Assembly (NCBI GenBank): GCA_900547975.1
Contig: URIX01000001.1
Coordinates: forward strand, 16,291-80,290
Length of the DNA stretch: 64,000 nt
From: an uncultured Eubacteriales bacterium
Lineage (GTDB): Bacteria; Bacillota; Clostridia; Christensenellales; CAG-917
Direction: 5' to 3'
Shown here: positions 11,001 to 20,821 of the stretch, piece after piece
How positions within the stretch are numbered: position 1 is the first letter of the stretch
Layout of the letters: the number at the start of each line of letters is the position of its first letter
The notes under the pieces: generated by a model
What the model was told of the DNA's origin: nothing
The model's database searches: none
What the model saw: only the letters and a program-made list of their open reading frames with translations
Made by a program: the position numbers and the translations under genes

Positions 11001-14000
11001 TCCGCGCTCGTGAGCGATACGCAACCGTCGAATGCGTTTGCGCCGATACTCAACACGTTTTTGAGATTGAGAGTTGCAAGCGCTTTGCAATTTGCAAATG
11101 CGTTCGCGCCTATCGTTTCGACTTTGCTTGCGGACAAATCGTTGTTTTCGACGACCGTTCCGTCCTCTTTGACGACTTTCACGGTTTCGAGTTTTCTATC
11201 GTTGTAGAAAGCGTATTCTCTTATGTACTTCACAGAATCGGGGATAGTCACTTCCCTAAGTCCGGTGCAGTTGTAGAATGCGTATTTCTTGATTTCCTCG
11301 ACGCCTTTCGGGATAACGACCGACGTCACCGATGTGTTGGATGCGGGGATTTTGTTTGCGTCGTAGTCATCCTCGTCGATTTCGATCGAGTTGTCGGTTT
11401 CGTACAGACAGAACGCAAACGCGCCGATGTACAAAATGCCCTCGTCGTCGGGGATAACGACATTGCCGCCGAGCCCCTTATACGCTATAAGTTCGCGGTT
11501 TTCGATGACGAATTCGCTCTTGACGTTTATCGTGACCGCCGCTTGAATATACGAGTTTTTGGCTTTGATGACGATGATTGCACTGCCCTTTTTGAGTGCC
11601 GTCACCTCGCCTTTTTCGTTGACTTGCGCAACTTTTGTGTTGTTCGAGGAATACTCGAACTCGTAGTTGTCCTTCACGTACCACGGGTCAACGTCGTAGT
11701 TGAGTTGAATCTTCTCGCCGGGGTACATACCGATGTTCGGTGCGGAAGCAACCGCCCTTCTGTCGCCCGTTTTGCCTATTTCGCTCGTTTGCGCCGCGCG
11801 AGAATATGCAAACAACGTGTCGTAGTACGAAAATCTCAAATCTTTGAGGGTTGCTTCTTTATAGTCGTCCTCAACCGCTTGCGTGGTTGCGTAAGAGGCA
11901 GTTGCCGCAAACGCTTCGCAATCGTTTTGGGATTGTGCGTCCGCCGACTCTCTCTTTTTGACGTTGATTATGACGACGGCTTGATTCAGATTCATCTGCT
12001 CTCTCACCGTAACGGTTGCCTTGCCTTCCGCGATGCACTTGACAAGACCGTCTTTCACTTCGATAACGTTCTCGTTCGAGGAAGTCCACGACAAGTATTT
12101 GAGATAATCCTTATCTACGTCCACCGTGCCGTCGCTCGTTGCAAGGTATTGCGTGAGGTCGATGACTTCGTCCTCGTATGCGGACAAGATTATCAAATCC
12201 GTGCCGTCGGGCGTACCGTCTTTGGTGAACTTAAAGTCGCCTTTCGTGCCGGGAAGTTGGCAGATGAAGATGTTCGAGTTGAGCGCGTAGTCGTCGATAG
12301 AGAACGCGAGCGCACTCGTAATCAAAGCGTCCGTACCGATGTCCTTGAGGTAGTCGGTGATTTCGAATCTTACGAGGTTATCCTTGCCTTTTTCGCTGTA
12401 CACGGGAATCGGGTTTTGCGTGAGGAAGGTGTAACTGCTGCTCGACGTAAACAGAATCGGCGTTATGGATTGAACGTACTGATTGTCGTAGACGACCATA
12501 TTGACGTAGAATCTGTCCTTTTTGAGCGTTTTGTCGTACTGTTTCTCGTACGTAACGCTCTTGATGACGGGCGCTTCGTCGTCTGCCACGAAGTCGAAAC
12601 CGAAACTGTTTCTGACGTTCTTTGCCGCGCCGCCGTCGCCGTAGTCGAGAGTGCCTTTCATTTCAAAGGTATACTCGGCGTTGTTGACGAGTCCGTTTGC
12701 GAGCGACTTGAATTTGAGTTGCTCGTAATACGGCATCGGGCTTCCGCCGTAAGAATACGCTTTTGTCGCGTTGTAGTCGATATGCTCCCAAATCACTTCG
12801 CCCGTAGCCTTATCCGTAATGGTGAAACGCATTTCTTTCGCGCCTCTCAAAAGGCCGGCGTATACGACGGAAATGCCGTCGATTGTGCCGAGAATGTTGG
12901 ACACCGCGATATGTTCTTCGGAAGCGGGAATCTCGTCGTATTTTGTCGTATCGACGTCGTAGAGATACGTTCCGAGCGGAATGATGTAGTTGTAGAAGTA
13001 CGAACCGTAAGGCGTGGTAGCATAATAATCCGCCTTGATTTTGTCCTCGTCGTCGATGGACATATCGTGCGCTTCGGATTCCACTTCGTAATAGGTTTTG
13101 TCAAACATCGGGGCTTCCGTCCAGTCGCCGTAGAAAGCGAGGAACGGCACGTTGAGGTCGACGTTCTTCTTGTCTTCGGTTTCTTCGCCCGTTTGTTTGA
13201 GTTTCACGAAGCCTTCGACGTACATACCGTACGGGAAAAGGCTGTCGATGACGTTCTTTTCAGAGTCGGTAAGCGTGTAGGTAACTTTGATTTTCACCGT
13301 CGCGCCGGGTTGCACGGTGAGTGCCTGACCGTCGATAGTACCGTTGCCGCCGGTCACTTCGTAGTTCTTTACGCCTTCGAGAATTTGCGGCGTTTCGGCA
13401 ACGTGCTTGGCATCGGACGTGGACACGCTTTCGGTCATGCCCACAAGCGACAAATCGTAAGTCAAAACGTCCTTGCCGATATTGACGACATTGAAGTTCA
13501 TAACGTAAACGCCCGTTTTTTGCGGATCGTCGAACAGTTCGATCTTGGTGCGGTCTTTTCCGTCAACGGAAAGATACGCTCTTGTCGTCACGAGGTTTTT
13601 GAGACTTGCAAGACCTGCGCCCTGCTTACGCGGCGAATAAGGATTGCCGCGTTCGTTGAGTGCTATCGTTGCCGTAGACATCAACATTTGGTTGGTGAGA
13701 ACGGAAATTTCCTTCCAACTCTTTTCGGGATATTTGTCTTTGAGGAATTGTCTTATAAGCACGACGATACCGCAAAGGTTCGGGGTTGCCATAGACGTTC
13801 CGCTGAGTTCGTCATAGCCGCCGCCCGGTACGGAAGACTTGATGTTTCCGCCGTGAGCGGTGATTTCGGGTTTAAGTTCGAGAGACGGCGTAGGTCCCCA
13901 ACTCGAAAAGTCGGACATAAACGGACCCGCTTGGTTGTCGTAGGAAATTTTGAGAGTTCCCGACTTCTTTGCCGCAAGTATCGTGCCGTCGTCTTTGGAT

Positions 14001-15652
14001 ATTGAAATCGTGGGGATATGGTCGCTCTTGCCCATCGACATAGAGATGTCGCCGTCGATGTTGTTGTAGATAATGCACGCAACCGCGCCCGCGTTCTTTG
14101 CGTAACGCGCTTTTTCTTCAAAGGTGTTGTCACCGCGTCTTACGAGAGCGATTTTGCCCTTGACGTCGAGTCCCGAATAACTCGTCTTGCCGCCCGTACC
14201 GGGGACGGTGACGTATTCGTACTCTTTGCTCACGCCTTCGGTCACGCCGAGTTCCTTGAAGAAATCGTTTTCCTGACCCGTGATAGAGTTGGATTCCTTG
14301 AAGAAAACGACGCTTTCGCCGTTGCCGACCATATATTTGCTCTTAGTACCGCTGATGGAAGCGACCGAGAGACAGGGCGCGTACGTCGAAGGAGAGCCGA
14401 CCGTACCCGAATCGGGGTTGGTGACCATATTCGTGTTGCCTTGTTCGCCGCCGAAGCCCGTGCTGTAACTGTTGCTTGCCGCGGTGAGAACGCTGATACC
14501 GCTCTCGTTGAGTCTGTCGTAAATTCTGTTGACGTTTTCCTCGTCCACCTCGCGCGAGAATCCGCAGGACGAGCCGAGCGACATGTTTATGCAGTCGACG
14601 TTAAGCAAAACCGCGTCTTCGAGAGCAAGCAAGATGTCTTCCGTCTTGCCGCCCGTGCTCAAATCGGGAAAAACCTTCATAAGCACGAGTTGCGTATCCA
14701 CCGCAACGCCCGTTATAACGCTGTCTTTGCCGCCGATGATACCCGCAACGTGCGTGCCGTGTTCGGAATCGTAGGGGTCAACGTTCGTGTCCTTGTCCGC
14801 ATAGTCGTACGCAAACGGAATTTTGCTCGACACATACACCTTGTCGATGTCGATGTCGGACGTATATTTTGCCGCGTTGGTATCGCCAAGCAAATTTTCG
14901 ATGTCTTCTTTCGTATAGGAAATCTCGTCCGCTTTCAATTCCATATCGAAAACGGTATGGTCGCAATCGAAGCCGCTGTCCAGAATAGCAACCGAGGTTC
15001 TCTTGCCCGTGTAAGGTACGCTCGACGAATCGAAGATACCCGTCGGATAGATGTCCACGAGGTTGGTTATGGATTTTGCGTCCGAATCCGAAGACGCGGA
15101 TTGCGGATGATTGTAAGTGTCGCTTATGATGACCGTCTTTACGCCGTCGAAGTTTTCGAGCAATCTCAGATTGCCGTACTCGATAGTTGCGGCAAATCCG
15201 TTGAGAATGGTGTCGTAAGTGCATTTGACGTCTTCGAGCAAACCGTTTTTGCTCATTCTGTCAATGGCAAAATTGCGTTTCGCTTGCAAATACGCCTTTC
15301 TTGCGTTTCCGACGTCGCTCGACGCATATTCGGCAACGCTGCGATACTGACCCGAATAATTGTCGATATAATCGTCAATCAACGCGTCGTCGTCAAGCAT
15401 AACCATAACGACGATTTTATCCGAGTCGAGGTATCCTTTGTTTTGTTTGAGGTAGTCGGCTTTGATTTGCGACGCAACTTGGTCTTGCGTAAGGTGCAAG
15501 CCCGTGTTGAAAATACGCAGATTTTGGAAAACTGCGCCGTCCGCACCGTCCGCCCCGTCGTATGCGCTTTGATTGCCGCAAGCCGCCAGTGTGAACACCG
15601 ACACCGATATGAGCGCAATCATAAGGCAAATGCTGATGATTTTTCTTTTCAT
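8099..15652 (-). CDS. Giant cell-envelope S8 subtilisin-like serine protease (2517 aa). It has a PA-domain insert, Big_2 modules, a long BspA-type leucine-rich-repeat array, an N-terminal lipobox and a C-terminal TM helix.
   Basis: Catalytic triad motifs VAILDSGFDCDH, HGTHVAGIIGG and SGTSMATPNLCG. PA-like KIALVRRGDNTFEEKARYAKNAGAVACIIYNN. More than 20 repeats of the IPxSVxxIGxxAFxxCxxL type. Lipobox TLAAC/GN. C-terminus LGFAVILFSTSLALAGAVLVIKRGIL. Confidence 0.9.
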   Translation of the reverse strand: MKRKIISICLMIALISVSVFTLAACGNQSAYDGADGADGAVFQNLRIFNTGLHLTQDQVASQIKADYLKQNKGYLDSDKIVVMVMLDDDALIDDYIDNYSGQYRSVAEYASSDVGNARKAYLQAKRNFAIDRMSKNGLLEDVKCTYDTILNGFAATIEYGNLRLLENFDGVKTVIISDTYNHPQSASSDSDAKSITNLVDIYPTGIFDSSSVPYTGKRTSVAILDSGFDCDHTVFDMELKADEISYTKEDIENLLGDTNAAKYTSDIDIDKVYVSSKIPFAYDYADKDTNVDPYDSEHGTHVAGIIGGKDSVITGVAVDTQLVLMKVFPDLSTGGKTEDILLALEDAVLLNVDCINMSLGSSCGFSREVDEENVNRIYDRLNESGISVLTAASNSYSTGFGGEQGNTNMVTNPDSGTVGSPSTYAPCLSVASISGTKSKYMVGNGESVVFFKESNSITGQENDFFKELGVTEGVSKEYEYVTVPGTGGKTSYSGLDVKGKIALVRRGDNTFEEKARYAKNAGAVACIIYNNIDGDISMSMGKSDHIPTISISKDDGTILAAKKSGTLKISYDNQAGPFMSDFSSWGPTPSLELKPEITAHGGNIKSSVPGGGYDELSGTSMATPNLCGIVVLIRQFLKDKYPEKSWKEISVLTNQMLMSTATIALNERGNPYSPRKQGAGLASLKNLVTTRAYLSVDGKDRTKIELFDDPQKTGVYVMNFNVVNIGKDVLTYDLSLVGMTESVSTSDAKHVAETPQILEGVKNYEVTGGNGTIDGQALTVQPGATVKIKVTYTLTDSEKNVIDSLFPYGMYVEGFVKLKQTGEETEDKKNVDLNVPFLAFYGDWTEAPMFDKTYYEVESEAHDMSIDDEDKIKADYYATTPYGSYFYNYIIPLGTYLYDVDTTKYDEIPASEEHIAVSNILGTIDGISVVYAGLLRGAKEMRFTITDKATGEVIWEHIDYNATKAYSYGGSPMPYYEQLKFKSLANGLVNNAEYTFEMKGTLDYGDGGAAKNVRNSFGFDFVADDEAPVIKSVTYEKQYDKTLKKDRFYVNMVVYDNQYVQSITPILFTSSSSYTFLTQNPIPVYSEKGKDNLVRFEITDYLKDIGTDALITSALAFSIDDYALNSNIFICQLPGTKGDFKFTKDGTPDGTDLIILSAYEDEVIDLTQYLATSDGTVDVDKDYLKYLSWTSSNENVIEVKDGLVKCIAEGKATVTVREQMNLNQAVVIINVKKRESADAQSQNDCEAFAATASYATTQAVEDDYKEATLKDLRFSYYDTLFAYSRAAQTSEIGKTGDRRAVASAPNIGMYPGEKIQLNYDVDPWYVKDNYEFEYSSNNTKVAQVNEKGEVTALKKGSAIIVIKAKNSYIQAAVTINVKSEFVIENRELIAYKGLGGNVVIPDDEGILYIGAFAFCLYETDNSIEIDEDDYDANKIPASNTSVTSVVIPKGVEEIKKYAFYNCTGLREVTIPDSVKYIREYAFYNDRKLETVKVVKEDGTVVENNDLSASKVETIGANAFANCKALATLNLKNVLSIGANAFDGCVSLTSADLTSLRNTGKEAFKGCTALTSVTLVKNTKLSYAMFAKSGLRSVDIYSERTTIPEYCFARCSDLVSVTLHNNLNAIEKGAFSDCPSLVNFTIEGTLGTIGEQAFYNSTGLETFALPNCDVQIDSYAFYKCGGLKTLVFGANTRIKKIEGFVFKDTVLDTFVMPSSNPNYSSSGRYLTSKDGKTIVLAAAGVDYGDLTIDEKYTTIADSAFAGVNVTSLTITNKDLQIGAFAFASCEKLKKVTLPTQAGVNIGKRAFTVCTSLVEVENLDKVAHIGEYAFANTALQTASVGANAVCDEGAFYNSSLESVTIGANTTLGKGVFQNCKKLRTVNMPADGGVEIGNGCFANDTNLVTIDLSKTIDTIGDEAFYGCTKLMSVNLANVKNIGKYAFADCSGLGEVLIPIVETIGQGAFGRYSQFASAPCFETIVLPNTLKSIGEGAFVYNKKLKSVTIPSSVTSIGEYAFAYCTALQSVTLPDNVTEIPSYMFGGCESLSAINLENVTKIGDYAFTLASLTSANIDKAVSIGEGAFAQTGLSRSISASKLENIGKYAFQATNIILFNAPALKTIGDSAFAKAIMLASFTFSNKLESVGVGAFYGCSSLRNFSFLDKDGNVAQKGAINDYALLYEGSLYVKLASGKYELKAVPGGSYASVLNVMDGTVRIDDYAGNSNTHIASIVLPDGLKRIGQYAFYGYTALKSVEFKSVVAPAMEDSYKKDAKLTENDPGYEKLHNQFDIFGYELYYFNFIDLLGKKEPIQMILPGNADVEGYDSLVYEVYFGKVEDALRSDYVAMQNSMLTFYEYAQQVAKLKNVTLVNEKLVNNALTAYNSVTQDPTAYGFDKEEWDALVASVQAAKNTIRNIKFANASDEVKRVQALIDELPDTFSIDDLATIQDVLEQINQLDGSDRNILDLTKLNALKTSYNDYRNSLAEQVEPLKQSTDNLGFAVILFSTSLALAGAVLVIKRGIL

Positions 15653-15735
15653 TATATATACCTATAAAATTTATTTTCTATTTAATATTATAGTTTTCAA
15701 TATTGTAGTTTCGATTTTTGCTTCCGATTTTACGG

Positions 15736-16017
15736 CTATTTGAGCCACAAGTAAGCAATCACGCCGACAAGAGCGAAGCAGCCGAGCACGATAAGCACAA
15801 TCGGCAGATACACTGCGTAACCCGCCCTGATTGCCGCGTGCCTTTCCTTTCTATCGAGGCTTGCCTGCTCTTTGTCTTTTCCCTTCTCTTTTTCGAGACG
15901 GTCGTTGGTGATTTTGTCGGGAATCAATGCGTTCTGACGTCTCACGCCGTCCATATTGTACAGTGTGCGACCGTCGTCTACGTATATGACCTTGACTTTT
16001 TTCTTCTTACTTTTCAT
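15736..16017 (-). CDS. Small single-TM protein, 93 aa, unknown function
   Basis: ORF track. Basic N-terminus and C-terminal hydrophobic helix AVYLPIVLIVLGCFALVGVIAYLW. The start overlaps the upstream ATPase gene by 11 nt. Confidence 0.6.
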   Translation of the reverse strand: MKSKKKKVKVIYVDDGRTLYNMDGVRRQNALIPDKITNDRLEKEKGKDKEQASLDRKERHAAIRAGYAVYLPIVLIVLGCFALVGVIAYLWLK

Positions 16018-17347
16018 TTTCGGAATCGTTTGCGTTTTGCTCGTTTTCGTCCTCGAGAACGTGCGTTATTTCTTGATTCTGCACCGAATCGAAACCGACG
16101 TATTCGTCCTCGTTTTCCTTGATTTCCGCGTCTTTTTCGACTTTGGAATCTTCTTTTGCGGATTTATTTTTCAGTTGTGCAAACTTATCTTTTATCGCCT
16201 TGAGAACGTCGTACTCGTCCTTGATTTCGGCCTCGCGTTCTTCCATTTCCTTGACGTGTCTGTATGCCTCGTCGAGTTCGTCCTGTCTTGAAAGAATGTC
16301 CTCGTCGTAGAGGTGGCACGCAACGAAGTGTCCGGGCGTAACCTCGTGGTATTTCGGCTCGATGATTTTGCACGCGCTCATACATTGCGAGCAGCGAGTG
16401 TGGAACTTGCACCCTCTCGGCGGATTTGCGGGCGAAGGAATATCGCCTTCGAGAATGATTCTCTCGTTCTTGACATCGGGGTCTGGAACGGGAACTGCCG
16501 AGAACAACGCTTTCGTATATGGGTGAAGCGGATTGTTAAACAACTCGTCCGTTTCGCCTTTTTCCATCATATTGCCGAGGTACATAACCATAATTTCGTC
16601 GGTTATGTACTTGACGACGGACAAATCGTGCGAGATGAACACATAAGTGAGATTCATCGTCTTTTGCAAATCTTTGAGCAAGTTGATTATCTGCGCTTGC
16701 ACCGACACGTCGAGCGCGCTGACGGGCTCGTCGCAAATTACGAGGTCGGGTTTTACGGCGAGTGCTCTCGCGATACAGATGCGCTGTCTTTGTCCACCCG
16801 AAAACTCGTGCGGATAGCGGTCGTAATACTGCTCTTGCAAGCCGCACTTTCTCATTATGTCGCGAACGTACGAGGAAACTTGATCCTTCGGCACGATTTT
16901 ATGCACTCTGACCGCCTCTGCGATTATGCTTCCGATAGTCATTCTCGGCGGCAAACTCGAATATGGGTCTTGGAAAATCAACTGCATAGAAGTTCTGTAC
17001 TTGCGCATATCCTTCTTCGACAGATTCGTGATGTCCGTGCCGTTGTAGATGACCTTTCCGCCGTCGATGTCGTAGAGTTTGAGTATGGTTCTGCCCATCG
17101 TGGTTTTGCCGCAACCCGACTCGCCCACTATACCTATCGTCGTGCCTCGTTTGAGTTTGAAACTGACGTGGTCCACCGCTTTGAGCGTGGATATGGGCTT
17201 TCCGAGCAGAGTTCTCGAAAGCACAAAGTGCTTTTGCAAGTCCTGAACTTCGAGGATTATATCGTCCTTTTTCTCGTTTTGCGCTTTGTCGGAAACGGTT
17301 TCGACGTTTACGTTTTCGGTCGCCATAACGTCTTTTTCGTTATTCAT
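16007..17347 (-). CDS. Oligopeptide/dipeptide ABC transporter ATP-binding protein (OppF/DppF-like) with a ~100-aa acidic C-terminal extension
   Basis: Walker A GESGCGKTT, signature FSGGQRQRICIARAL, Walker B LVICDEP. 8-nt overlap with the upstream ATPase gene. Confidence 0.9.
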   Translation of the reverse strand: MNNEKDVMATENVNVETVSDKAQNEKKDDIILEVQDLQKHFVLSRTLLGKPISTLKAVDHVSFKLKRGTTIGIVGESGCGKTTMGRTILKLYDIDGGKVIYNGTDITNLSKKDMRKYRTSMQLIFQDPYSSLPPRMTIGSIIAEAVRVHKIVPKDQVSSYVRDIMRKCGLQEQYYDRYPHEFSGGQRQRICIARALAVKPDLVICDEPVSALDVSVQAQIINLLKDLQKTMNLTYVFISHDLSVVKYITDEIMVMYLGNMMEKGETDELFNNPLHPYTKALFSAVPVPDPDVKNERIILEGDIPSPANPPRGCKFHTRCSQCMSACKIIEPKYHEVTPGHFVACHLYDEDILSRQDELDEAYRHVKEMEEREAEIKDEYDVLKAIKDKFAQLKNKSAKEDSKVEKDAEIKENEDEYVGFDSVQNQEITHVLEDENEQNANDSENEK

Positions 17348-18524
17348 TTTCGCCGTCCCCCTTTTTGTAGAGATAGCACGACACGTAGTGCGTGTCGCTC
17401 ACTTTGATTTCCGGCGGATATTCGCCGTCGCACGCTTCGATGCATTTTGAACATCTGTTCTTAAAATAGCAGGCGTTCGGGAGGTTTATCGGGCTCGGAA
17501 CTTGTCCCGGTATCGAATAAAGCGGTTGGTCGGAAGGCGAGGTGATGAGCGGTTTGCTCTTTTGCAAGCCTATCGTGTAGGGGTGAAGCGGGTTATGGAA
17601 GATTTCCGCCGCCGTACCTTTTTCGATGACTCTGCCCGCATACATAACCACCACTTCGTCCGCCATTTCCGCGATAACGCCCAAGTCGTGCGTGATGAGC
17701 ATAATCGAGCAACCTTCCCTTCTTTGCAAATCTTTGAGCAATTCGAGGATTTGCGCCTGAATGGTGACGTCGAGCGCGGTCGTAGGCTCGTCCGCAATGA
17801 TAAGTTTGGGGTCGCCCACGAGAGCCATAGCAATCATAACTCTTTGGCGCATACCGCCCGACAACTCGTGCGGATAAGAGGCGTACACTCTTTCGGGCAT
17901 TGCAATGCCGACCTTTTGGAGCATTTCGATACTGACCGCTTTCGCCTCTTGCTTGCTCACCGACGGATTGTGCGTGAAGGACACTTCGTCGAGTTGGAAT
18001 CCGATGGTAAACACGGGATTCAAAGACGTCATCGGCTCTTGGAAAATCATAGTTATGTCTTTTCCGCGCACCTTATACATCTCTTTGGTGGGCATTTTCG
18101 CAATATCGTAGGCGATTTTTCTGCCTTGTTCGTCATAGCCGAGGTCGTCGGAATTGAATCTGATTTGTCCGTCCACGACCTGCCCTTGCGGCGCTTGAAC
18201 GAGTTGCATAATGGAAAGGGACGTTACGCTCTTTCCGCAGCCCGATTCGCCCACAACGCCGACGATTTTGTTTTTCGGAATCTCGAATGATACGCCGTTG
18301 ACCGACATAACCGTGCCCGTATCCGTGAAGAAACAGGTTTTGAGATTCTCGATTTCTATGAGGTTGTTTTCGTCGCGCATAACGGTCGTAAACTCGCTTT
18401 TTTCGCGTTTTTTACGCTTTTGCGCCTCGTAAAACCTCATTTGTTTTATGTTGTATCTGATTATTTTTCTGCTGTCGCGAATTGACAGATAATTTGAAGA
18501 TTTCTTTTTGATTTCTTTTTCCAT
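17340..18524 (-). CDS. Oligopeptide/dipeptide ABC transporter ATP-binding protein (OppD/DppD-like) with a ~60-aa basic N-terminal extension
   Basis: Walker [11 protein letters not shown], signature [35 protein letters not shown] upstream. Confidence 0.9.
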   Translation of the reverse strand: MEKEIKKKSSNYLSIRDSRKIIRYNIKQMRFYEAQKRKKREKSEFTTVMRDENNLIEIENLKTCFFTDTGTVMSVNGVSFEIPKNKIVGVVGESGCGKSVTSLSIMQLVQAPQGQVVDGQIRFNSDDLGYDEQGRKIAYDIAKMPTKEMYKVRGKDITMIFQEPMTSLNPVFTIGFQLDEVSFTHNPSVSKQEAKAVSIEMLQKVGIAMPERVYASYPHELSGGMRQRVMIAMALVGDPKLIIADEPTTALDVTIQAQILELLKDLQRREGCSIMLITHDLGVIAEMADEVVVMYAGRVIEKGTAAEIFHNPLHPYTIGLQKSKPLITSPSDQPLYSIPGQVPSPINLPNACYFKNRCSKCIEACDGEYPPEIKVSDTHYVSCYLYKKGDGENE

Positions 18525-18534
18525 AATTCACCTG

Positions 18535-19713
18535 TCACTTCTTTGCTTTGGGGTCCATAGCGTCGCGCAGACCGTCGCCGACGAAGTTGAATCCCAAAAC
18601 CGCGATAACGATCATAATGCCGGCGGGCAACCACATATTGAGGTGGTAACTCAAAACCTGCGGATCGTTCGAGGTTGCTATCATAGTACCCCAAGCAGCC
18701 TTCGGAAGTTGTACGCCCAAGCCCAAGAAACTGAGCGTCGACTCGTACAAAATGACGCTGCCCAAGCCGAGAGTCATCGAAACGATGAGTTGCGGCATTA
18801 CGTTCGGTATAAGGTGCAAGAAAATCTTGCGCCACGTCGGCAAGCCCATAACTTCGGTTGCGGTTATGTACTCTTGCTCGCGCAAAGACAGAATCTGTCC
18901 TCTGACGAGTCGAGCCACGCCGCTCCAACTGAATATCGTGATGATTGCCATCAAGAGATAGATTCTCGTATCCGCGTCCACTTGCCACGAGTCGATCATC
19001 GCCGAAGCGATAAGCAAAATCGGAAGCGTAGGCACGCAAGTGAAAATATCCACTATACGCATAATCACCTGATCCACCCAGCCGCCGAAGTAGCCTGCAA
19101 GACCGCCGAGGATTATGCCGATCAAGGTTTCCAGAATTACGACTATGAAGCCTATCGTGAGCGAGATACGTCCGCCGTACATAATACGCACGAACACGTC
19201 CATCCCCTTGTCGTCCGTGCCGAGAAGGTGATCCTTGCTCGGATCTGCGTAGGAATTGATGTTGGAAGTGTGTTGAAGCACCTCTTTAACGACCACCGTC
19301 TGACCGTCCTCGTCGATATACTCGTACGAGTTTCTGACGATTACGATAACTTCCGTTCTGTCAACGGTTTCTTCGCCCCACTTGTCGTAGATGACGGGTC
19401 CGAGGAATGAGAACAGCACGAGGAACACTATCATAACGAGTCCGACGATTGAGAGTTTCGAGCGGAAGAAACGTCTTCCCACCATTCTCAAAGGACTCAT
19501 TTCTTTGTAAACGTACTCGACTTTTTCGTCATTGCCGTTTTCGGATTGTTCCGTTTGCTCTGCGTTTTCGGATTGTTCGGATTGCGCCTCTTGCGTAATC
19601 TCTGTGGAATTTTGCTCTTGCACGTTTTCGACGTTTGCGTTTTCTTGCTCGTCGCAAGCCTCGTTCGTCAAAACGTTTTCGATGTTTATGTTGTTAAGTT
19701 CGTCTTTTTGCAT
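18535..19713 (-). CDS. ABC peptide transporter permease (OppC/DppC-like) with a ~75-aa acidic Q/E/N-rich N-terminal extension
   Basis: Multi-TM protein. Permease motif ATEVMGLPTWRKIFLHLIPNV. RBS AGGTGA directly upstream of the long start, 7 nt after oppB-like. Confidence 0.85.
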   Translation of the reverse strand: MQKDELNNINIENVLTNEACDEQENANVENVQEQNSTEITQEAQSEQSENAEQTEQSENGNDEKVEYVYKEMSPLRMVGRRFFRSKLSIVGLVMIVFLVLFSFLGPVIYDKWGEETVDRTEVIVIVRNSYEYIDEDGQTVVVKEVLQHTSNINSYADPSKDHLLGTDDKGMDVFVRIMYGGRISLTIGFIVVILETLIGIILGGLAGYFGGWVDQVIMRIVDIFTCVPTLPILLIASAMIDSWQVDADTRIYLLMAIITIFSWSGVARLVRGQILSLREQEYITATEVMGLPTWRKIFLHLIPNVMPQLIVSMTLGLGSVILYESTLSFLGLGVQLPKAAWGTMIATSNDPQVLSYHLNMWLPAGIMIVIAVLGFNFVGDGLRDAMDPKAKK

Positions 19714-19720
19714 AATTCAC

Positions 19721-20728
19721 CTACTTACTGATTTTGACGCGCGGGTCAACGATAGAGTACATAATGTCCGAGAGCAACGTGCCTATGACGGTCAAAATTG
19801 CAAGGAACATATTGTAACCCATAACGAAAGGAATATCGCCGTCTTTCAAAGCCTGATAAGCCAAACGACCGATACCGTCTATGCCGAAAACTTGTTCCGT
19901 TATCATCATACCGCCGAACAAAGACGGCAAAATTCCGGCAAGCAAAGTCGCAAGCGGAATGAGCGTATTTCTGAAAGCGTGCTTGTAGATGACCGTTTTT
20001 TCGGACAAACCTTTTGCTCTTGCCGTTCTGATATAGTCGGCGTTGAGCACTTCGAGGGTGTTCGTTCTGGTGTAGCGCATAAGTCCGCCGATTGAGAGGA
20101 AAACGCTGACGAAAATGGGCAGAACCATATGGTGCAACATATCGCCGAGTTTTGCCATCTGACCTGCGAAGTTGTTTGCGTAGTCCATACTCGCATAGAT
20201 AAGACCGTTTGCGGGGAACCACCCCAAATCGACCGAGAAAATCTTGATTGCGATTGCGGCAAAGAAGTACGTCGGAAGGGAAATACCCACCATAGTGAGA
20301 ACGGTGGTTATGTAATCTCTTGCCGAATACTGATGCGTCGCGCTCGTGATTCCCAAAGGAATCGCAATCAAAAATTGCAAAATCGTTGCGATAAACGCAA
20401 TCGCAAACGAAATCCACATATTTTCGGTTATGACTTGTCCGACGGGTTTTTCGTACTTAAAGGATATGCCAAGGTCGCCCTTGCACATATTCCCCAGCCA
20501 TTTGAAGTAGCCGCCCATAATACCCTTGAACGAGTTGTCGCCGATTCCGTACAATTCCTTGAATCTTGCGATGTCTTCGGGTTTTATCGAACCGCTTTGA
20601 AGTTGTTGAGAATATTTTATATCCACGTAATCGTTAGGCATAAGTCGGACCATCGTGTATATGATGATTGACACGCCTATCAGGATAAGTATGGAAATCA
20701 ATATTCTTTTGACGATATACTTAAACAT
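19721..20728 (-). CDS. ABC peptide transporter permease (OppB/DppB-like)
   Basis: MFKYIVKRIL N-terminus and the EAA-type loop YIRTARAKGLSEKTVIYKHAFRN. Confidence 0.9.
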   Translation of the reverse strand: MFKYIVKRILISILILIGVSIIIYTMVRLMPNDYVDIKYSQQLQSGSIKPEDIARFKELYGIGDNSFKGIMGGYFKWLGNMCKGDLGISFKYEKPVGQVITENMWISFAIAFIATILQFLIAIPLGITSATHQYSARDYITTVLTMVGISLPTYFFAAIAIKIFSVDLGWFPANGLIYASMDYANNFAGQMAKLGDMLHHMVLPIFVSVFLSIGGLMRYTRTNTLEVLNADYIRTARAKGLSEKTVIYKHAFRNTLIPLATLLAGILPSLFGGMMITEQVFGIDGIGRLAYQALKDGDIPFVMGYNMFLAILTVIGTLLSDIMYSIVDPRVKISK

Positions 20729-20741
20729 TCTTTTTACGTGC

Positions 20742-20774
20742 GCAATCTTGAGGCGATTTTTGCCTCAAGATTGC
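20742..20774 (-). other. Intercistronic 13-bp perfect stem-loop between the SBP gene and the permease genes
   Basis: gcaatcttgaggc / gcctcaagattgc with a 7-nt loop. No U-run follows it on the coding strand. Confidence 0.6.
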
Positions 20775-20821
20775 ACGTTCCTTCATAGTATTTGCTTTTG
20801 CGCGGATTGCGTTATCTTTTG

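Noticed and set aside
345-15667. Very long + strand ORFs (345..1715, 1722..2363, 2672..4648, 8303..8980, 8987..14005 with 1672 aa, 14018..15667). Similar ones occur at 16313..17407, 20792..22036 and 30303..31478.
   Set aside because: They are codon-aligned antisense shadows of clearly motif-bearing minus-strand genes. Their translations are R/V/F/C-rich low-complexity with no motifs, RBSs or sensible starts.
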